DNA of 63,800 bases, the filler included, from an uncultured bacterium (GTDB lineage: Bacteria > Auribacterota > CAZIXI01), in NCBI GenBank assembly GCA_964543115.1. It is 3 parts of 3 records of this genome, joined end to end, with 100 filler letters (N's around TTAATTAATTAA, not from the genome) between each part and the next. Parts side by side here need not be neighbours in the genome. Positions count along the whole stretch, not along the records: positions 44,482 to 63,800 come from CAZIXI010000038.1; 2 more parts are not named here. One strand, 5' to 3'. Made by a program: the position numbers and the translations under genes. Below the pieces are notes generated by a model, which ran no database searches, had not been told where the DNA came from, and saw only the letters and a list, made by a program, of their open reading frames with translations. This document shows positions 46,631-56,553 of this stretch, piece after piece. Numbering within the stretch: the stretch's first letter is position 1; every line of letters starts with the position of its first letter.

Positions 46631-47184
46631 TATTTATCTTTCGGCACCAGTAACTCCTGCCCCGGTGATAACCGGGCATTGTGCGGTATGCCGTTTAATT
46701 CCGCTACCCTTTTAATCGTCACTCCGTGTATCTGGGCGATCCGCCAGAGGCTGTCGCCCTTGCGCACCCGATAAACAATCAGGTCAGAAGAGGCCTGAGT
46801 TTTTTTCCTTACCTTTCTCTCCGGCTTCTCAGTTTTTTTCTGTTCAGCTTGTACTCTCGCCTTGGCCGGCGCCCCCGGAATCAGCAGACGCTGTCCAACC
46901 TCAATCTGATCGTTAATTAAACTGTTAGCCTCCTTGATTTTGATAATCGTTACGCCAAACCGCTGGCTGATCTTCCAGAGGCTGTCCCCTTTAACCACCG
47001 TATAGGTTGTTCCTTTCTCTACCCGTGGTAAATGCTCCGAGGTCTTTTCTCCGGAAACCGGTGACGGCTCTTCAGCTGATTGACTGAGCGGTTTCTGCAT
47101 ACTGCCGCAACCACCGACAAACCCCCAAATAACTATCGTCACAACAAAACCTATACCAATAAATATACCTAAACTCTTGTTCAT
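46630..47184 (-). CDS. Membrane-anchored or lipoprotein-type protein with two LysM domains
   Basis: YTVVKGDSLWKISQRFGVT...GQRLLIP and YRVRKGDSLWRIAQIHGVT...GQELLVP; N-terminal hydrophobic segment ending in VGGC (possible lipobox). Confidence 0.92.
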   Translation of the reverse strand: MNKSLGIFIGIGFVVTIVIWGFVGGCGSMQKPLSQSAEEPSPVSGEKTSEHLPRVEKGTTYTVVKGDSLWKISQRFGVTIIKIKEANSLINDQIEVGQRLLIPGAPAKARVQAEQKKTEKPERKVRKKTQASSDLIVYRVRKGDSLWRIAQIHGVTIKRVAELNGIPHNARLSPGQELLVPKDK

Positions 47185-47201
47185 TGCTAGTACCCCCTGT
47201 T

Positions 47202-47261
47202 AATTGCGGATTGCAGATTGCGGACGTTGCACGAAAAATCCGCAATCTGAAATCCGAAATT
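47202..47261. repeat. Imperfect inverted repeat built from heptamers between murD and the LysM gene
   Basis: (TTGCGGA TTGCAGA TTGCGGA) at 47204-47224 pairs with (TCCGCAA TCTGAAA TCCGAAA) at 47239-47259 with two mismatches. Confidence 0.8.
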
Positions 47262-47267
47262 CTTACG

Positions 47268-48692
47268 TTACCTCTTCACTTTTTCTTTTTCCACCTGCAC
47301 CTGTAACTTCCTCACCTCTTCGTTAAACCTCTCACCGCGTTCCCGGTAATCGCGAAACATATCAAAGCTGCTGCCGCCGGGAGAAAAAAGCACCGTCGTT
47401 CCCGGCCGCGCTGATTTAAATGCTTCCCGGACAGAATCCGCTAAGCTGGACACCTCCAGCACCGGCACCCCGCCCCCCAGCTCCCGCTTGATCCGCTGAC
47501 GCGCCTGACCCAGGGCAACCAGAGAAATTACCTTACTACCCAGATGCGTTATTAATTGACTAAAATCCTCTCCCTTATCCTTACCGCCAAGAATAAGAAC
47601 AACAGGGCCGTCCACACTATTCAAAGCCGCCCACACGCTGTCCAGATTAGTGGACTTGGAATCGTTGATAAAATCTACACCGTCTATTTCCGCTATCCGC
47701 TGGAAACGATAGGCCAGCGATTGAAATGTTTTTAAGGCCGCTCTGATGACCGCCGCATCCACCCCCTGAATACGGGCTGCCGCTGCAGCCGCCAGGGCAT
47801 TTTCTACATTATGCAGTCCCGGCAGAGACAGTGAAGACACACTACAAATATCCTCCCTCTGCCCATTGATCTGTACCCTGATAAACTCTCCCTCTACCCA
47901 GGCAGCATTGGAAAAATGCCTGCCCAGCCGCGGCTCTAAGCCAAAGAAAACCTTCTGCATGGGGAGATTACTAATCTTATCGATTACCGCTGACTGATCG
48001 TAACGAACAACCGCCCAGTCACTATCCGTCTGCCGGTTAAATATTTTCATCTTCGCCTGAAAATAATCCGCCATTGATTGATGATAATCTTGATGGTCAT
48101 GACTAAAATTAAGCCAGAGCGCCGTTTGAAATTTTAAACTCTCGGTGAACTGCAGTTGAAAAGAACTGACTTCAACCACCACCAGCTCGAGCTTCGCGGT
48201 CGCTGGCGACCGCCCCTGCCGCTCCCGGGCCACTTCCGCCAACGGCAATCCGAGATTCCCGCAGGCAACACTCCGGCGTCCTGAATAAGCAAAAATATGA
48301 TTTATTAAACTGGTAACCGTACTTTTACCGTTAGTGCCGGTAATCCCGATCAGGGGACATGAAATATTATAACCGGCCAGGGCCAGCTCACTAATTACCG
48401 GTATCTCTTTTTCCCGGCACCACCCAATAACCTCATTCTCAGGCAATACTCCCGGACTGATAACCGCGAGTTCAATCCCTGCGGTAAACTCCTTTGAATG
48501 CCGGCCCAGTTCTATTCTTGCCTCTAAACCACTCAACTGCTCGGCCAGAGAGCGAAAATAAGCATTGTCCCCTTTTTCAGTTATTCTTACTTTAGCCTCC
48601 TGCTGGAGTAAAAATCTAGCGGCCGCTAAACCGCTGCGGCCCAATCCCACAACCAATACCTTTTTATTTTTCAGATTCATTTTTTTTACCAT
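47268..48692 (-). CDS. murD: UDP-MurNAc-L-Ala:D-Glu ligase
   Basis: VVGLGRSG, ITGTNGKSTV, VEVSSFQL, NDSKSTN, GGKDKG, SPGGSSFDMF. Confidence 0.97.
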   Translation of the reverse strand: MVKKMNLKNKKVLVVGLGRSGLAAARFLLQQEAKVRITEKGDNAYFRSLAEQLSGLEARIELGRHSKEFTAGIELAVISPGVLPENEVIGWCREKEIPVISELALAGYNISCPLIGITGTNGKSTVTSLINHIFAYSGRRSVACGNLGLPLAEVARERQGRSPATAKLELVVVEVSSFQLQFTESLKFQTALWLNFSHDHQDYHQSMADYFQAKMKIFNRQTDSDWAVVRYDQSAVIDKISNLPMQKVFFGLEPRLGRHFSNAAWVEGEFIRVQINGQREDICSVSSLSLPGLHNVENALAAAAAARIQGVDAAVIRAALKTFQSLAYRFQRIAEIDGVDFINDSKSTNLDSVWAALNSVDGPVVLILGGKDKGEDFSQLITHLGSKVISLVALGQARQRIKRELGGGVPVLEVSSLADSVREAFKSARPGTTVLFSPGGSSFDMFRDYRERGERFNEEVRKLQVQVEKEKVKR

Positions 48693-48699
48693 AAAGCCG

Positions 48700-49848
48700 C
48701 TATTGCAGTTTTAAGCTCCCCAGTCCGATAAGAGCGAAAATAAGCGCGATGATCCAGAACCTGACAGTAATCTTTGTTTCCGGCATACCGCGCATTTCAA
48801 AATGATGATGCAGAGGAGCCATGGCAAAAACACGTTTCCCTCTTAGCTTAAATGACCCCACCTGAATAATAACCGATAGGGCCTCCAGCACAAATACCCC
48901 GCCGATTAACAATAACCATAATTCCTTTTTAACAAGAACACTGATTACCCCGATTACACCGCCCAAAGTAAGCGCCCCGGTATCACCCATAAAAACCTGT
49001 GCCGGATGGGAATTAAACCAGAGGAAACCGAGTCCCGCGCCAATAAGGGCAGCACAAAAAACCGTTAATTCACCGCTCCCGCCAATATAGAGCACATTAA
49101 GATAATCCGAAAACCTTAAATGCCCCACTATGTAACTCAAAACCGCATAAGCGGCCACCACAATCAATACACAGCCGATCGCCAGGCCGTCAAGTCCGTC
49201 TGTCAGATTAACGGCATTAGAACTGCCGCAAATGACCAGAAAAATAAACACCAGATAAACGATCCCCGTAACAGCCACCGGTGTTTTGTATAATGGCAGG
49301 GCCAGCTTATTTGCAATCGGCCGCGTTTCCGGACAAAGCCCAAGAAAGATAAAAAGCACCAGGGCCAAAGCTACCTGCCCGAGAAACTTCGCCCGGGGGC
49401 TTAAACCCCAATTTTTATTTCTGAATTTCTGATAATCATCGATAAACCCTATGGCCCCCAGCCAGAGCATAGACAGAACAACAATCCAAATTTGTCTATT
49501 AAAAATATCCGCCCAGAGCAGCGTAGAACAGAGAACCGCAACAATAATTATCAATCCTCCCATTGTCGGCGTCCCTTGTTTATCCTTATGTAAATTATAA
49601 TAAGCCTCATAGGCCTTATCCGACCTGATCCGTTCTCCCATTTTTAATTCCGTCAGCCGGCGGATCAGCCAGGGACCGAATACAAGACCGATCAGCATGG
49701 CGGTCACCGCCGCCCCTGCCGAGCGAAAACTAAGATAACGAAAGACATTAAAACCGAAAAAGTAGTCCCGTAATGGGTATAACAAATAATAAAGCATAAT
49801 TATTAAGACTATCCGCCACGCTTTTCCTCCTCTGGAGGAAAAGTACAA
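48700..49848 (-). CDS. mraY: Phospho-MurNAc-pentapeptide transferase
   Basis: KQGTPTMGG, NAVNLTDGLDGL, FMGDTG, MAPLHHHFE. Confidence 0.98.
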   Translation of the reverse strand: MYFSSRGGKAWRIVLIIMLYYLLYPLRDYFFGFNVFRYLSFRSAGAAVTAMLIGLVFGPWLIRRLTELKMGERIRSDKAYEAYYNLHKDKQGTPTMGGLIIIVAVLCSTLLWADIFNRQIWIVVLSMLWLGAIGFIDDYQKFRNKNWGLSPRAKFLGQVALALVLFIFLGLCPETRPIANKLALPLYKTPVAVTGIVYLVFIFLVICGSSNAVNLTDGLDGLAIGCVLIVVAAYAVLSYIVGHLRFSDYLNVLYIGGSGELTVFCAALIGAGLGFLWFNSHPAQVFMGDTGALTLGGVIGVISVLVKKELWLLLIGGVFVLEALSVIIQVGSFKLRGKRVFAMAPLHHHFEMRGMPETKITVRFWIIALIFALIGLGSLKLQ

Positions 49849-51306
49849 CTAGACAATTAGTTGTTCGAGAGCACTATAATACTCTTCGATGCCCTGAACA
49901 ATTTCCTCCATATGATTTGCCCTTGATCCTTTAACTAAAATCAAATCACCCGGCTCCAGCCATTCCCCCAAAACATGCACTGCCTCCAGATTGGTTGGGC
50001 AATGTTTAACCGCCCTCTTGGACATGCCCATCGCCACGGCATCTTCCGCAACCAAACGGGCAAGATCACCCATTGTCACCAGCCGGCTGATACCGTAGCT
50101 GCTCATCTTCCGCCCCAACTCCCTGTGGTACCAAACAGCCTCTGTTCCTAACTCCAGCATATCACCACAGACTAATATCCTTTTGCCCCGGCAGTTAAGC
50201 GCGGCCATGGTCTCTAAGGCACTGGCCATCGACAAAGGATTAGCATTATAACAATCATCAATTAATCTTATTCCGGCAACCTCTTTGATCTGCAGACGCC
50301 TTTTCGGCAATTGCACCTTGCTCAATCCCCGGCTAATCTGGTCCCGAGTTAGCCCCAGGGCAAAAGCAAGCGCCACGGCAAACAGGGCCGGATAAACATT
50401 ATGCATACCCGGCACCGGCAGATTTACCTCGAAGCGCTCCTCGTAGGGCTTAGCAATAACGGCAAACTGTAAATTCCCCTGGCTATTCACTGCTGGATTC
50501 AGGGCCTGAATATCAGCAGCCGCGCTGCGGCCGACGGTTAGCATCTTGGACCTCACTTTTTTTCTCAATTGGCTGAAAAACTGGTCATCACTATTGAGCA
50601 GCACTAATCCATCTCCATCCATCTGCCCTAATAATTCTGCCTTGGCCTTAACTACATTAGTGACCAATCCCAGGTGTTCAAGATGAACCGGACCGACATT
50701 TGTAATTATGCCGACATCCGGCCGGGTTAAACCGGCAAGATAATTTATTTCCCCCAGCCTGTTCATGCCTAATTCAATTACCGCCGCGCCGATCCCGGCC
50801 GAAAGTCCTAGCAGGCTAAGCGGTACACCAATATGGTTATTCTGCGTCTCCCGCGTAGATCCGACAAGAAACCGTTCCCGTAATACGGTAGCAATCACAT
50901 CCTTGGTTGTCGTCTTACCCACACTACCGGTAACGGCAATCACCGGACAGAGAATCTGCCGGCGGTAAAAGGCGGCTATATCACCCAGGGCCTTAGTCGT
51001 CTGCTCAACCTTAATAATGACCCCGGGCAAAAAATCAGCATTTTCAATCGTGGCCAGCGGCCATTCCTTTTCCACGACTATCCCCAGCGCACCTTTATAG
51101 ATCGCCTCCCCGATAAATTTATGCCCGTCAAAGTGAGGCCCCCGAATAGCAACAAATAGATCTCCTTTCTGCAGAGTGCGGGAATCTAAAGAAAGCCGGT
51201 GTACCCGGCGATACGTATCCCCGCGAACAAGGATCCCACCGGTTGCCTGTAATAATTCACGTACTAATAATGGTTGCATAAAATTCAGCCCTCCGGCCAA
51301 AAACAT
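49849..51306 (-). CDS. murF: UDP-MurNAc-tripeptide:D-Ala-D-Ala ligase (probable start ATG 51279)
   Basis: DSRTLQKGDLFVAIRG, TGSVGKTTTK, NNHIGVP, IDDCYNANP, GDMLELG, KGSR. Confidence 0.97.
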   Translation of the reverse strand: MFLAGGLNFMQPLLVRELLQATGGILVRGDTYRRVHRLSLDSRTLQKGDLFVAIRGPHFDGHKFIGEAIYKGALGIVVEKEWPLATIENADFLPGVIIKVEQTTKALGDIAAFYRRQILCPVIAVTGSVGKTTTKDVIATVLRERFLVGSTRETQNNHIGVPLSLLGLSAGIGAAVIELGMNRLGEINYLAGLTRPDVGIITNVGPVHLEHLGLVTNVVKAKAELLGQMDGDGLVLLNSDDQFFSQLRKKVRSKMLTVGRSAAADIQALNPAVNSQGNLQFAVIAKPYEERFEVNLPVPGMHNVYPALFAVALAFALGLTRDQISRGLSKVQLPKRRLQIKEVAGIRLIDDCYNANPLSMASALETMAALNCRGKRILVCGDMLELGTEAVWYHRELGRKMSSYGISRLVTMGDLARLVAEDAVAMGMSKRAVKHCPTNLEAVHVLGEWLEPGDLILVKGSRANHMEEIVQGIEEYYSALEQLIV

Positions 51307-52827
51307 CTATACTTTCAATAACTCTCTTAATCCTGCCTCCACTACTTCTTTATCATTAAACGGTACTACGGTATTTTTAAGGATTTGATAGTTCTCATGT
51401 CCCTTCCCGGCCACCACAACAGTATCCTCTGCTCGAGCCAGGGCCAGGGCCTCCCAGACTGCTTCTCTCCGATCAATAATTACCTGGTAATCACGCCCGA
51501 CAAAACCAATCTCTATCTCATGGATAATTCCCCGCGGGTCTTCCTGCCGGGGATTATCACTGGTAATAATCGTATAATCCGCCAGCTGGGACGCTAAACG
51601 TCCCATCAACGACCGCTTACTCTTATCCCGGTTTCCGCCGCAGCCAAAAACCAGAATAAGTCTGCCCTTTGTTAACTGGCGCAGAGTATATAACACATTC
51701 TCCAGGGCGTCAGGTGTATGGGCATAATCAATAAACAGTTTAAATGATTGTCCGGTGGGCACTTGTTCCAACCGGCCGCCGGCTCCGCTGAAAGAACTTA
51801 CCCCTTTCCTAATATATTCCGGAGGCACCTGATGACAAAGGGCCACTCCGACAGCCGCCAGAATATTATAAATGTTATAGATCCCCAAAAGCGGAGTATC
51901 AATAACAAGACCGGCATTAAAATCAGGGGCATAAACAGAAAATCGCGTACCTTTCTCGGACTGCCTTATTCCCCTTGTTCTCAGATAAAGAACGGGCTTC
52001 TCTGCCGTTGCCGGCCCGACAGTTCTCAGGCCATAACCGACTATCCGGCCCGGTGTATTTTCTAAGATGGAGATTCCATAAGGATCATCTGTATTGATCA
52101 CCGCCCAATCATCAACAGCCAGAGGTCTAAACAGCCGGCTTTTCGCTTCCAGATAATCTTCACTGCTCTGATGATAATCCAAATGGTCTTTGCCCAGATT
52201 AGTAAATACAGCCGCGGAAAAATCCAGCCCCGCCGTCCGGCCCTGATGCAGGGCATGAGAAGAAATCTCCATAACCGCGTGAGTACACCCCGCGGCGGCC
52301 ATCTGACTAAGATACTTATAAATATCCAACAGGCCCGGAGTTGTCAAATGCGCCGGGATCTTGCGTTCGCCGATCAAATATTCAATAGTCCCCAACAAAC
52401 CGCACTTTATCCCGGCAGAAGTAAATATACTTTGAATCAAGTAAGCGGTGGTTGTTTTTCCATTCGTCCCGGTAATCCCAATAACCTTCATACATTTACC
52501 GGGATTATCATAAAATCTCGAGGCTACTATCGGCAACAATTCCATAACCGATTCTGATTCAATAATCGTAACCATTCTGGAGCGGGCCAATCCCGCCCAG
52601 GAAAGATCAGCGGTTTGAAAATCACTACTGACAACTACCGCGGCCGCTCCCCGGGTTATGGCTTCTTCCAGATACTGATGTCCATTGCACTTAGTGCCCG
52701 GCAGGGCAAAAAACAGATCCCCTGCTTTCACCTGCTGAGAATGACTGGCCAGTCCCTGGACGGCAACATCCTGAGAACCTTTAATCTTCACACCAGCTAC
52801 GCCTTGCAGTAAGGTCGCTATTTTCAT
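51307..52827 (-). CDS. murE: UDP-MurNAc-dipeptide:meso-DAP ligase
   Basis: ITGTNGKTT, HLTTP, MEISSH, DYAHTP, FGCGGNRD. The DNPR motif is associated with meso-DAP specificity. Confidence 0.97.
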   Translation of the reverse strand: MKIATLLQGVAGVKIKGSQDVAVQGLASHSQQVKAGDLFFALPGTKCNGHQYLEEAITRGAAAVVVSSDFQTADLSWAGLARSRMVTIIESESVMELLPIVASRFYDNPGKCMKVIGITGTNGKTTTAYLIQSIFTSAGIKCGLLGTIEYLIGERKIPAHLTTPGLLDIYKYLSQMAAAGCTHAVMEISSHALHQGRTAGLDFSAAVFTNLGKDHLDYHQSSEDYLEAKSRLFRPLAVDDWAVINTDDPYGISILENTPGRIVGYGLRTVGPATAEKPVLYLRTRGIRQSEKGTRFSVYAPDFNAGLVIDTPLLGIYNIYNILAAVGVALCHQVPPEYIRKGVSSFSGAGGRLEQVPTGQSFKLFIDYAHTPDALENVLYTLRQLTKGRLILVFGCGGNRDKSKRSLMGRLASQLADYTIITSDNPRQEDPRGIIHEIEIGFVGRDYQVIIDRREAVWEALALARAEDTVVVAGKGHENYQILKNTVVPFNDKEVVEAGLRELLKV

Positions 52828-52890
52828 AACAATTTAACTGCCTCCAGCAGTGCCCTCTTATGTAGGAAATTTTTAAATAAAAACTTTGCT

Positions 52891-54612
52891 TTATTGTTTG
52901 GCCATTATTGTGCCGGCCGGCTGCACACCCGGCGCTATATTAAGATAACTTAGTGTTTTTTCGGCAATACCCTTAAATACCGGAGCCGCCACTGTTCCGC
53001 CGTAATAGAGCGGGCGCGGGGAATCAAACACTGCCAGAATCATTAACTGCGGATCTTCCACCGGAACAAATCCGGCAAAAGAAGCCATAAAATAGGTATG
53101 AGAATAAGTGCCGTTCGGCTCAAGTTTTTGTGCCGTACCCGTCTTTCCGGCAACCTGAAAATCGGCTAAACTGGCCTTCTTGGCCGTCCCCCCTGGCCCA
53201 ACTACCCCGTGCAAGGCCTTCTTTAACTCTACTACAGTATCGGGATTAAGAATCTCGGCCACCACCTCAGGCTTAAATTCTTTTATCGTTCTTCCCTGCG
53301 CATCCTCAATCCGTTTAACGATTATCGGTTTCATTAATTTACCGCCGTTAGCAGTAGCGGCAACAGCCATCGCCAGCTGCAAACTAGTGGTAGAAACTTC
53401 ATGCCCCATTGGTATTCTGGTTATACTCATCCGCGACCATCTGCTAACCGGCCGCAGGACACCCGTAACTTCACCGGGCAGCAGCACACCGGTCTTCCGG
53501 CCAAAACCAAAATCGCTCAGGTAGCCATGTAACCGCTTTTTCCCTAATTCCATCCCCACCTTAGCCACACCAATATTACTGGATTTCTCAATTACCTGCT
53601 GGAAAGTAAGCATTCCGTGCGGGTGATGATCATGCAGCACCCCGCCCGGTGTTCTAAATCGTCCGCGTTCACAAAAAATAGGGTCCCGCAGACTGAAAGC
53701 TCCTTCATTCAGGGCAGCCGCGGCAGTAAATATTTTAAAAACCGAACCGGCCTCATAGGTATCGGTAATCACTCTATTACGTCTGGAATCAGACTCTGAC
53801 TCACTATACTTACCCGGATTAGGATCAAATGTCGGCCGGTTAACCAGCGCCAATATTTCCCCGCTCGCCGGAGCAACAACAATGGCCATTGCCGCCTGGG
53901 CGTTAAACTTCTGCCAGGCCTGCTCCACTTCTTGTTCCACAATATCCTGGATTACCTCATCGATCGAAAGTACCACTCGATATCCCTCTACCGGAGGAGT
54001 TTCCTGATCCCGCCAGCTTAATACCTCCCTGCCGCTGGCATCCTTCTCGGTTAAACGCACACCCGGTTTGCCGGCCAAATAACGCTCACAAACAAACTCT
54101 CTCCCAGCCAGACCTTTACTATCAATATCAACAAAGCCTAAAACATGCGCGGCCATAATCCCTTTAGGATAAAAACGCGTTGATTCATCGAGAAAACCAA
54201 TCCCGCGCAAATTTAATGCCCGGATTTCTTCCTTCTGCTCCTTGGTGATTTTTCTCTTGATCCAGACAAAACGTTTCTTTCTGGCCAGTCGCTCAAAGAT
54301 AAAATCTTCCGCTAGATCCAATACCGGGGCCAGAACACGGGCTGTCTCTGCCGGGTCCTTAACCGCTGCCGGATCACCATAAACAGAAGGCAAAGGAACA
54401 CTAATAGCCAACAGGTTCCTGTTACGATCGCAGATCTCCCCCCGGCCCGGTTTCAGCTCCAGCTCGATCTTATGCATATCCTTGGCCTTGGGCTTCAAAA
54501 AATCAGAGTGCAGGAATTGAATACAGAAAAGCCGATAAAGCAAAAACACCAGCATTCCACCGTAACAGTAAAACAATATTCCGGATTTTCTGCGATACGT
54601 TTTGTTTAACAT
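52891..54612 (-). CDS. ftsI: Class B penicillin-binding protein (septal transpeptidase)
   Basis: SxxK (GSVFK), SxN (SSNIG), KTG (GKTGTAQK); N-terminal TM; no PASTA domain seen. Confidence 0.93.
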   Translation of the reverse strand: MLNKTYRRKSGILFYCYGGMLVFLLYRLFCIQFLHSDFLKPKAKDMHKIELELKPGRGEICDRNRNLLAISVPLPSVYGDPAAVKDPAETARVLAPVLDLAEDFIFERLARKKRFVWIKRKITKEQKEEIRALNLRGIGFLDESTRFYPKGIMAAHVLGFVDIDSKGLAGREFVCERYLAGKPGVRLTEKDASGREVLSWRDQETPPVEGYRVVLSIDEVIQDIVEQEVEQAWQKFNAQAAMAIVVAPASGEILALVNRPTFDPNPGKYSESESDSRRNRVITDTYEAGSVFKIFTAAAALNEGAFSLRDPIFCERGRFRTPGGVLHDHHPHGMLTFQQVIEKSSNIGVAKVGMELGKKRLHGYLSDFGFGRKTGVLLPGEVTGVLRPVSRWSRMSITRIPMGHEVSTTSLQLAMAVAATANGGKLMKPIIVKRIEDAQGRTIKEFKPEVVAEILNPDTVVELKKALHGVVGPGGTAKKASLADFQVAGKTGTAQKLEPNGTYSHTYFMASFAGFVPVEDPQLMILAVFDSPRPLYYGGTVAAPVFKGIAEKTLSYLNIAPGVQPAGTIMAKQ

Positions 54613-54642
54613 GTCACCCCGGTTAAATTTTTTAATTTATTT

Positions 54643-54918
54643 TTAGTGAACACGGACAATCTGCCTTTCCTGCGGCGGCGCCAGATCCATATCCTGATTT
54701 TCCACCTGCTGCTTGATATGCCGCGGATTAGTCAGGCTGGAGATCTTCAGCTGCAGCAGGGCATTGGCCTCACGCAGTTTGACCAGGCGTTTCTCAGTAT
54801 TCCTGATCTCATAACCAATACGAAAAATCTTAATCCTTTGCCAGACATAGAGAAATGATAATCCGATAACAAGAACAACCACCAACCCCAAACGTTTAAA
54901 CCGAATATTTTTAGCCAT
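54643..54918 (-). CDS. ftsL: Cell division protein FtsL
   Basis: Short cytoplasmic tail, TM helix, coiled coil; located between rsmH and ftsI. Confidence 0.85.
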   Translation of the reverse strand: MAKNIRFKRLGLVVVLVIGLSFLYVWQRIKIFRIGYEIRNTEKRLVKLREANALLQLKISSLTNPRHIKQQVENQDMDLAPPQERQIVRVH

Positions 54919-54952
54919 AATCTTATTTCAGTCATCAGCAACTAATCATCTA

Positions 54953-54999
54953 CACTGTCCACTGTTCACTGTTCACTGTTCACTGTTCACTGTTCACTG
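54953..54999. repeat. Heptamer tandem array (CACTGTT)n
   Basis: One variant CACTGTC, five perfect units and a partial unit. The rsmH stop codon lies inside it. Confidence 0.95.
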
Positions 55000-55892
55000 A
55001 TCTTCTCCGCTACACGCAGTTTGGCGCTGCGGGCACGGGGATTATCCGCCGTTTCTTTCGCCGTCGGCCTGACAGGTTTTTTTGTAATCACTTTCAGCTG
55101 CTCCGCCGAGCGAAACACATTTTTCACAATCCGGTCTTCTAACGAATGAAAAGATATGGCACAGATTCTACCCCCAGGCCGCAAATAACGAGCGGCTGTT
55201 GTCAACCCGGCTTCCACGTTCTCCAGCTCATTATTAACCGCTATCCGCAGAGCCTGAAAAGTACGAGTAGCCGGATGCACCCTAAAGTGCCGGCCTTTGT
55301 AACTGCCGGCCAGGGCCCTGACCACTATCCCAGCCAGCTGGGAAGTTGTTTGAATCTTTTCCCGCTTCCGTGCCTTTACAATCTCGCGAGCAATCTGCCT
55401 GGAACGCCGTTCTTCGCCGTATTGAAATAAAATATCCGCCAGCCTTTCCGGTGTCCACTTATTGACTATCTGTGCCGCCGTCAACCGCAACCCGGGAGAA
55501 AGGCGCATATCCAGCGGCCCTTCCCTCTGCAGGCTGAACCCCCGTTCGGCATGCAAAAAATGTTCCGTCGCCACACCAAGATCAAAAACAATTCCATCTA
55601 CTGCCTGAACACCAAGTTCTGCTAAAACAACAGGCAGATTTATATAATTATCATTTATTAAAGAGTATCTTTGCGAACTATGCGGACTGTGTCCGCACTC
55701 CTCCAGTGCCGCCGCAGCAAGCTCAAACATGAAAGGATCCAATTCAATTCCGATAAGCTTACCATCCGGCGCTGACTTAGCTAATAGCCCCCGGGCATGA
55801 CCCGCCCTTCCCAGGGTACAATCTATATATATACCTCCCGAGACGGGAGAAATATAATCAATAACTTCATTAAATAATACTGGTTTATGCAC
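54987..55892 (-). CDS. rsmH: 16S rRNA m4C1402 methyltransferase
   Basis: MHKPVL, DCTLGRAGH, DLGV, PLDMR, FQALRIAVNNEL, ISFHSLEDRIVK, NPRARSAKLR. Confidence 0.98.
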   Translation of the reverse strand: MHKPVLFNEVIDYISPVSGGIYIDCTLGRAGHARGLLAKSAPDGKLIGIELDPFMFELAAAALEECGHSPHSSQRYSLINDNYINLPVVLAELGVQAVDGIVFDLGVATEHFLHAERGFSLQREGPLDMRLSPGLRLTAAQIVNKWTPERLADILFQYGEERRSRQIAREIVKARKREKIQTTSQLAGIVVRALAGSYKGRHFRVHPATRTFQALRIAVNNELENVEAGLTTAARYLRPGGRICAISFHSLEDRIVKNVFRSAEQLKVITKKPVRPTAKETADNPRARSAKLRVAEKISEQ

Positions 55893-55909
55893 AAGCGTTT
55901 CTGCCTATC

Positions 55910-55930
55910 GACCACGAGCTTTGCTCGCCA
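55910..55930. repeat. Dispersed REP-like element GACCACGAGCTTYGCTCGC (copy 1)
   Basis: Matches 59545-59563 at 18 of 19 positions. Confidence 0.7.
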
Positions 55931-55937
55931 TCAAGCA

Positions 55938-56411
55938 TTAGATTCCCTTTTCAACTAACTCTTCCGCTATCCGTTCATAATCATTTATTGAAACACTGGA
56001 AAAATCATCCCAGGTAGTAACATCCCATATCTCGATACGGTTGGATACTCCGATAATTAATACATCCTTGGAAATGTGCGCGTACTGAAGAAGGTGATTT
56101 GGAATAAGAATACGGCCCTGACGGTCACAGGTCGCCTCATAGGCTCCGGAAAAAAGAAGACGGCTAAAAGCGCGGGCGGTACCGCTGGTAAGAGGTAAAG
56201 TACGGAATTTCTGTTCTAATACATTCCAGTCATTCTCTGTAAAAACAAATAAGCAGCGTTCCAAGCCGCGGGCAATATAAAATTTATCAATATATTTATC
56301 TTTTAATACTGTCCGAAATTTGGCAGGAACAATTAACCGGCCCTTATTATCAATCGAGTGTCTAAACTCTCCGTAAAACACTGCCCCCTCCCCTCTATAG
56401 TAAAATGCCAA
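55938..56411 (-). CDS. mraZ: Division/cell-wall cluster transcriptional regulator MraZ
   Basis: FYGEFRHSIDNKGRLIVP and DRQGRILIP, two AbrB-like repeats; first gene of the dcw cluster. The exact start is uncertain. Confidence 0.97.
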   Translation of the reverse strand: MAFYYRGEGAVFYGEFRHSIDNKGRLIVPAKFRTVLKDKYIDKFYIARGLERCLFVFTENDWNVLEQKFRTLPLTSGTARAFSRLLFSGAYEATCDRQGRILIPNHLLQYAHISKDVLIIGVSNRIEIWDVTTWDDFSSVSINDYERIAEELVEKGI

Positions 56412-56514
56412 GTAATGTTTCTAAATGATTTATACGCATTTATTGTATAACTATCTAGTAATAAATAACTTATCCCTAAACAAGGCTAATTATCGCTAAA
56501 CTTCGCCGTTTTCC

Positions 56515-56551
56515 CTACCACCATCCCCCACTTTCTCCCACAAACTACCAG
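56515..56551 (-). promoter_or_regulatory. MraZ operator: four TGG-core direct repeats at 10-bp period
   Basis: Minus strand TGGTAG-tttg-TGGGAG-aaag-TGGGGG-atgg-TGGTAG, matching known MraZ GTGG/TGGG repeat boxes. Confidence 0.85.
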
Positions 56552-56553
56552 TA

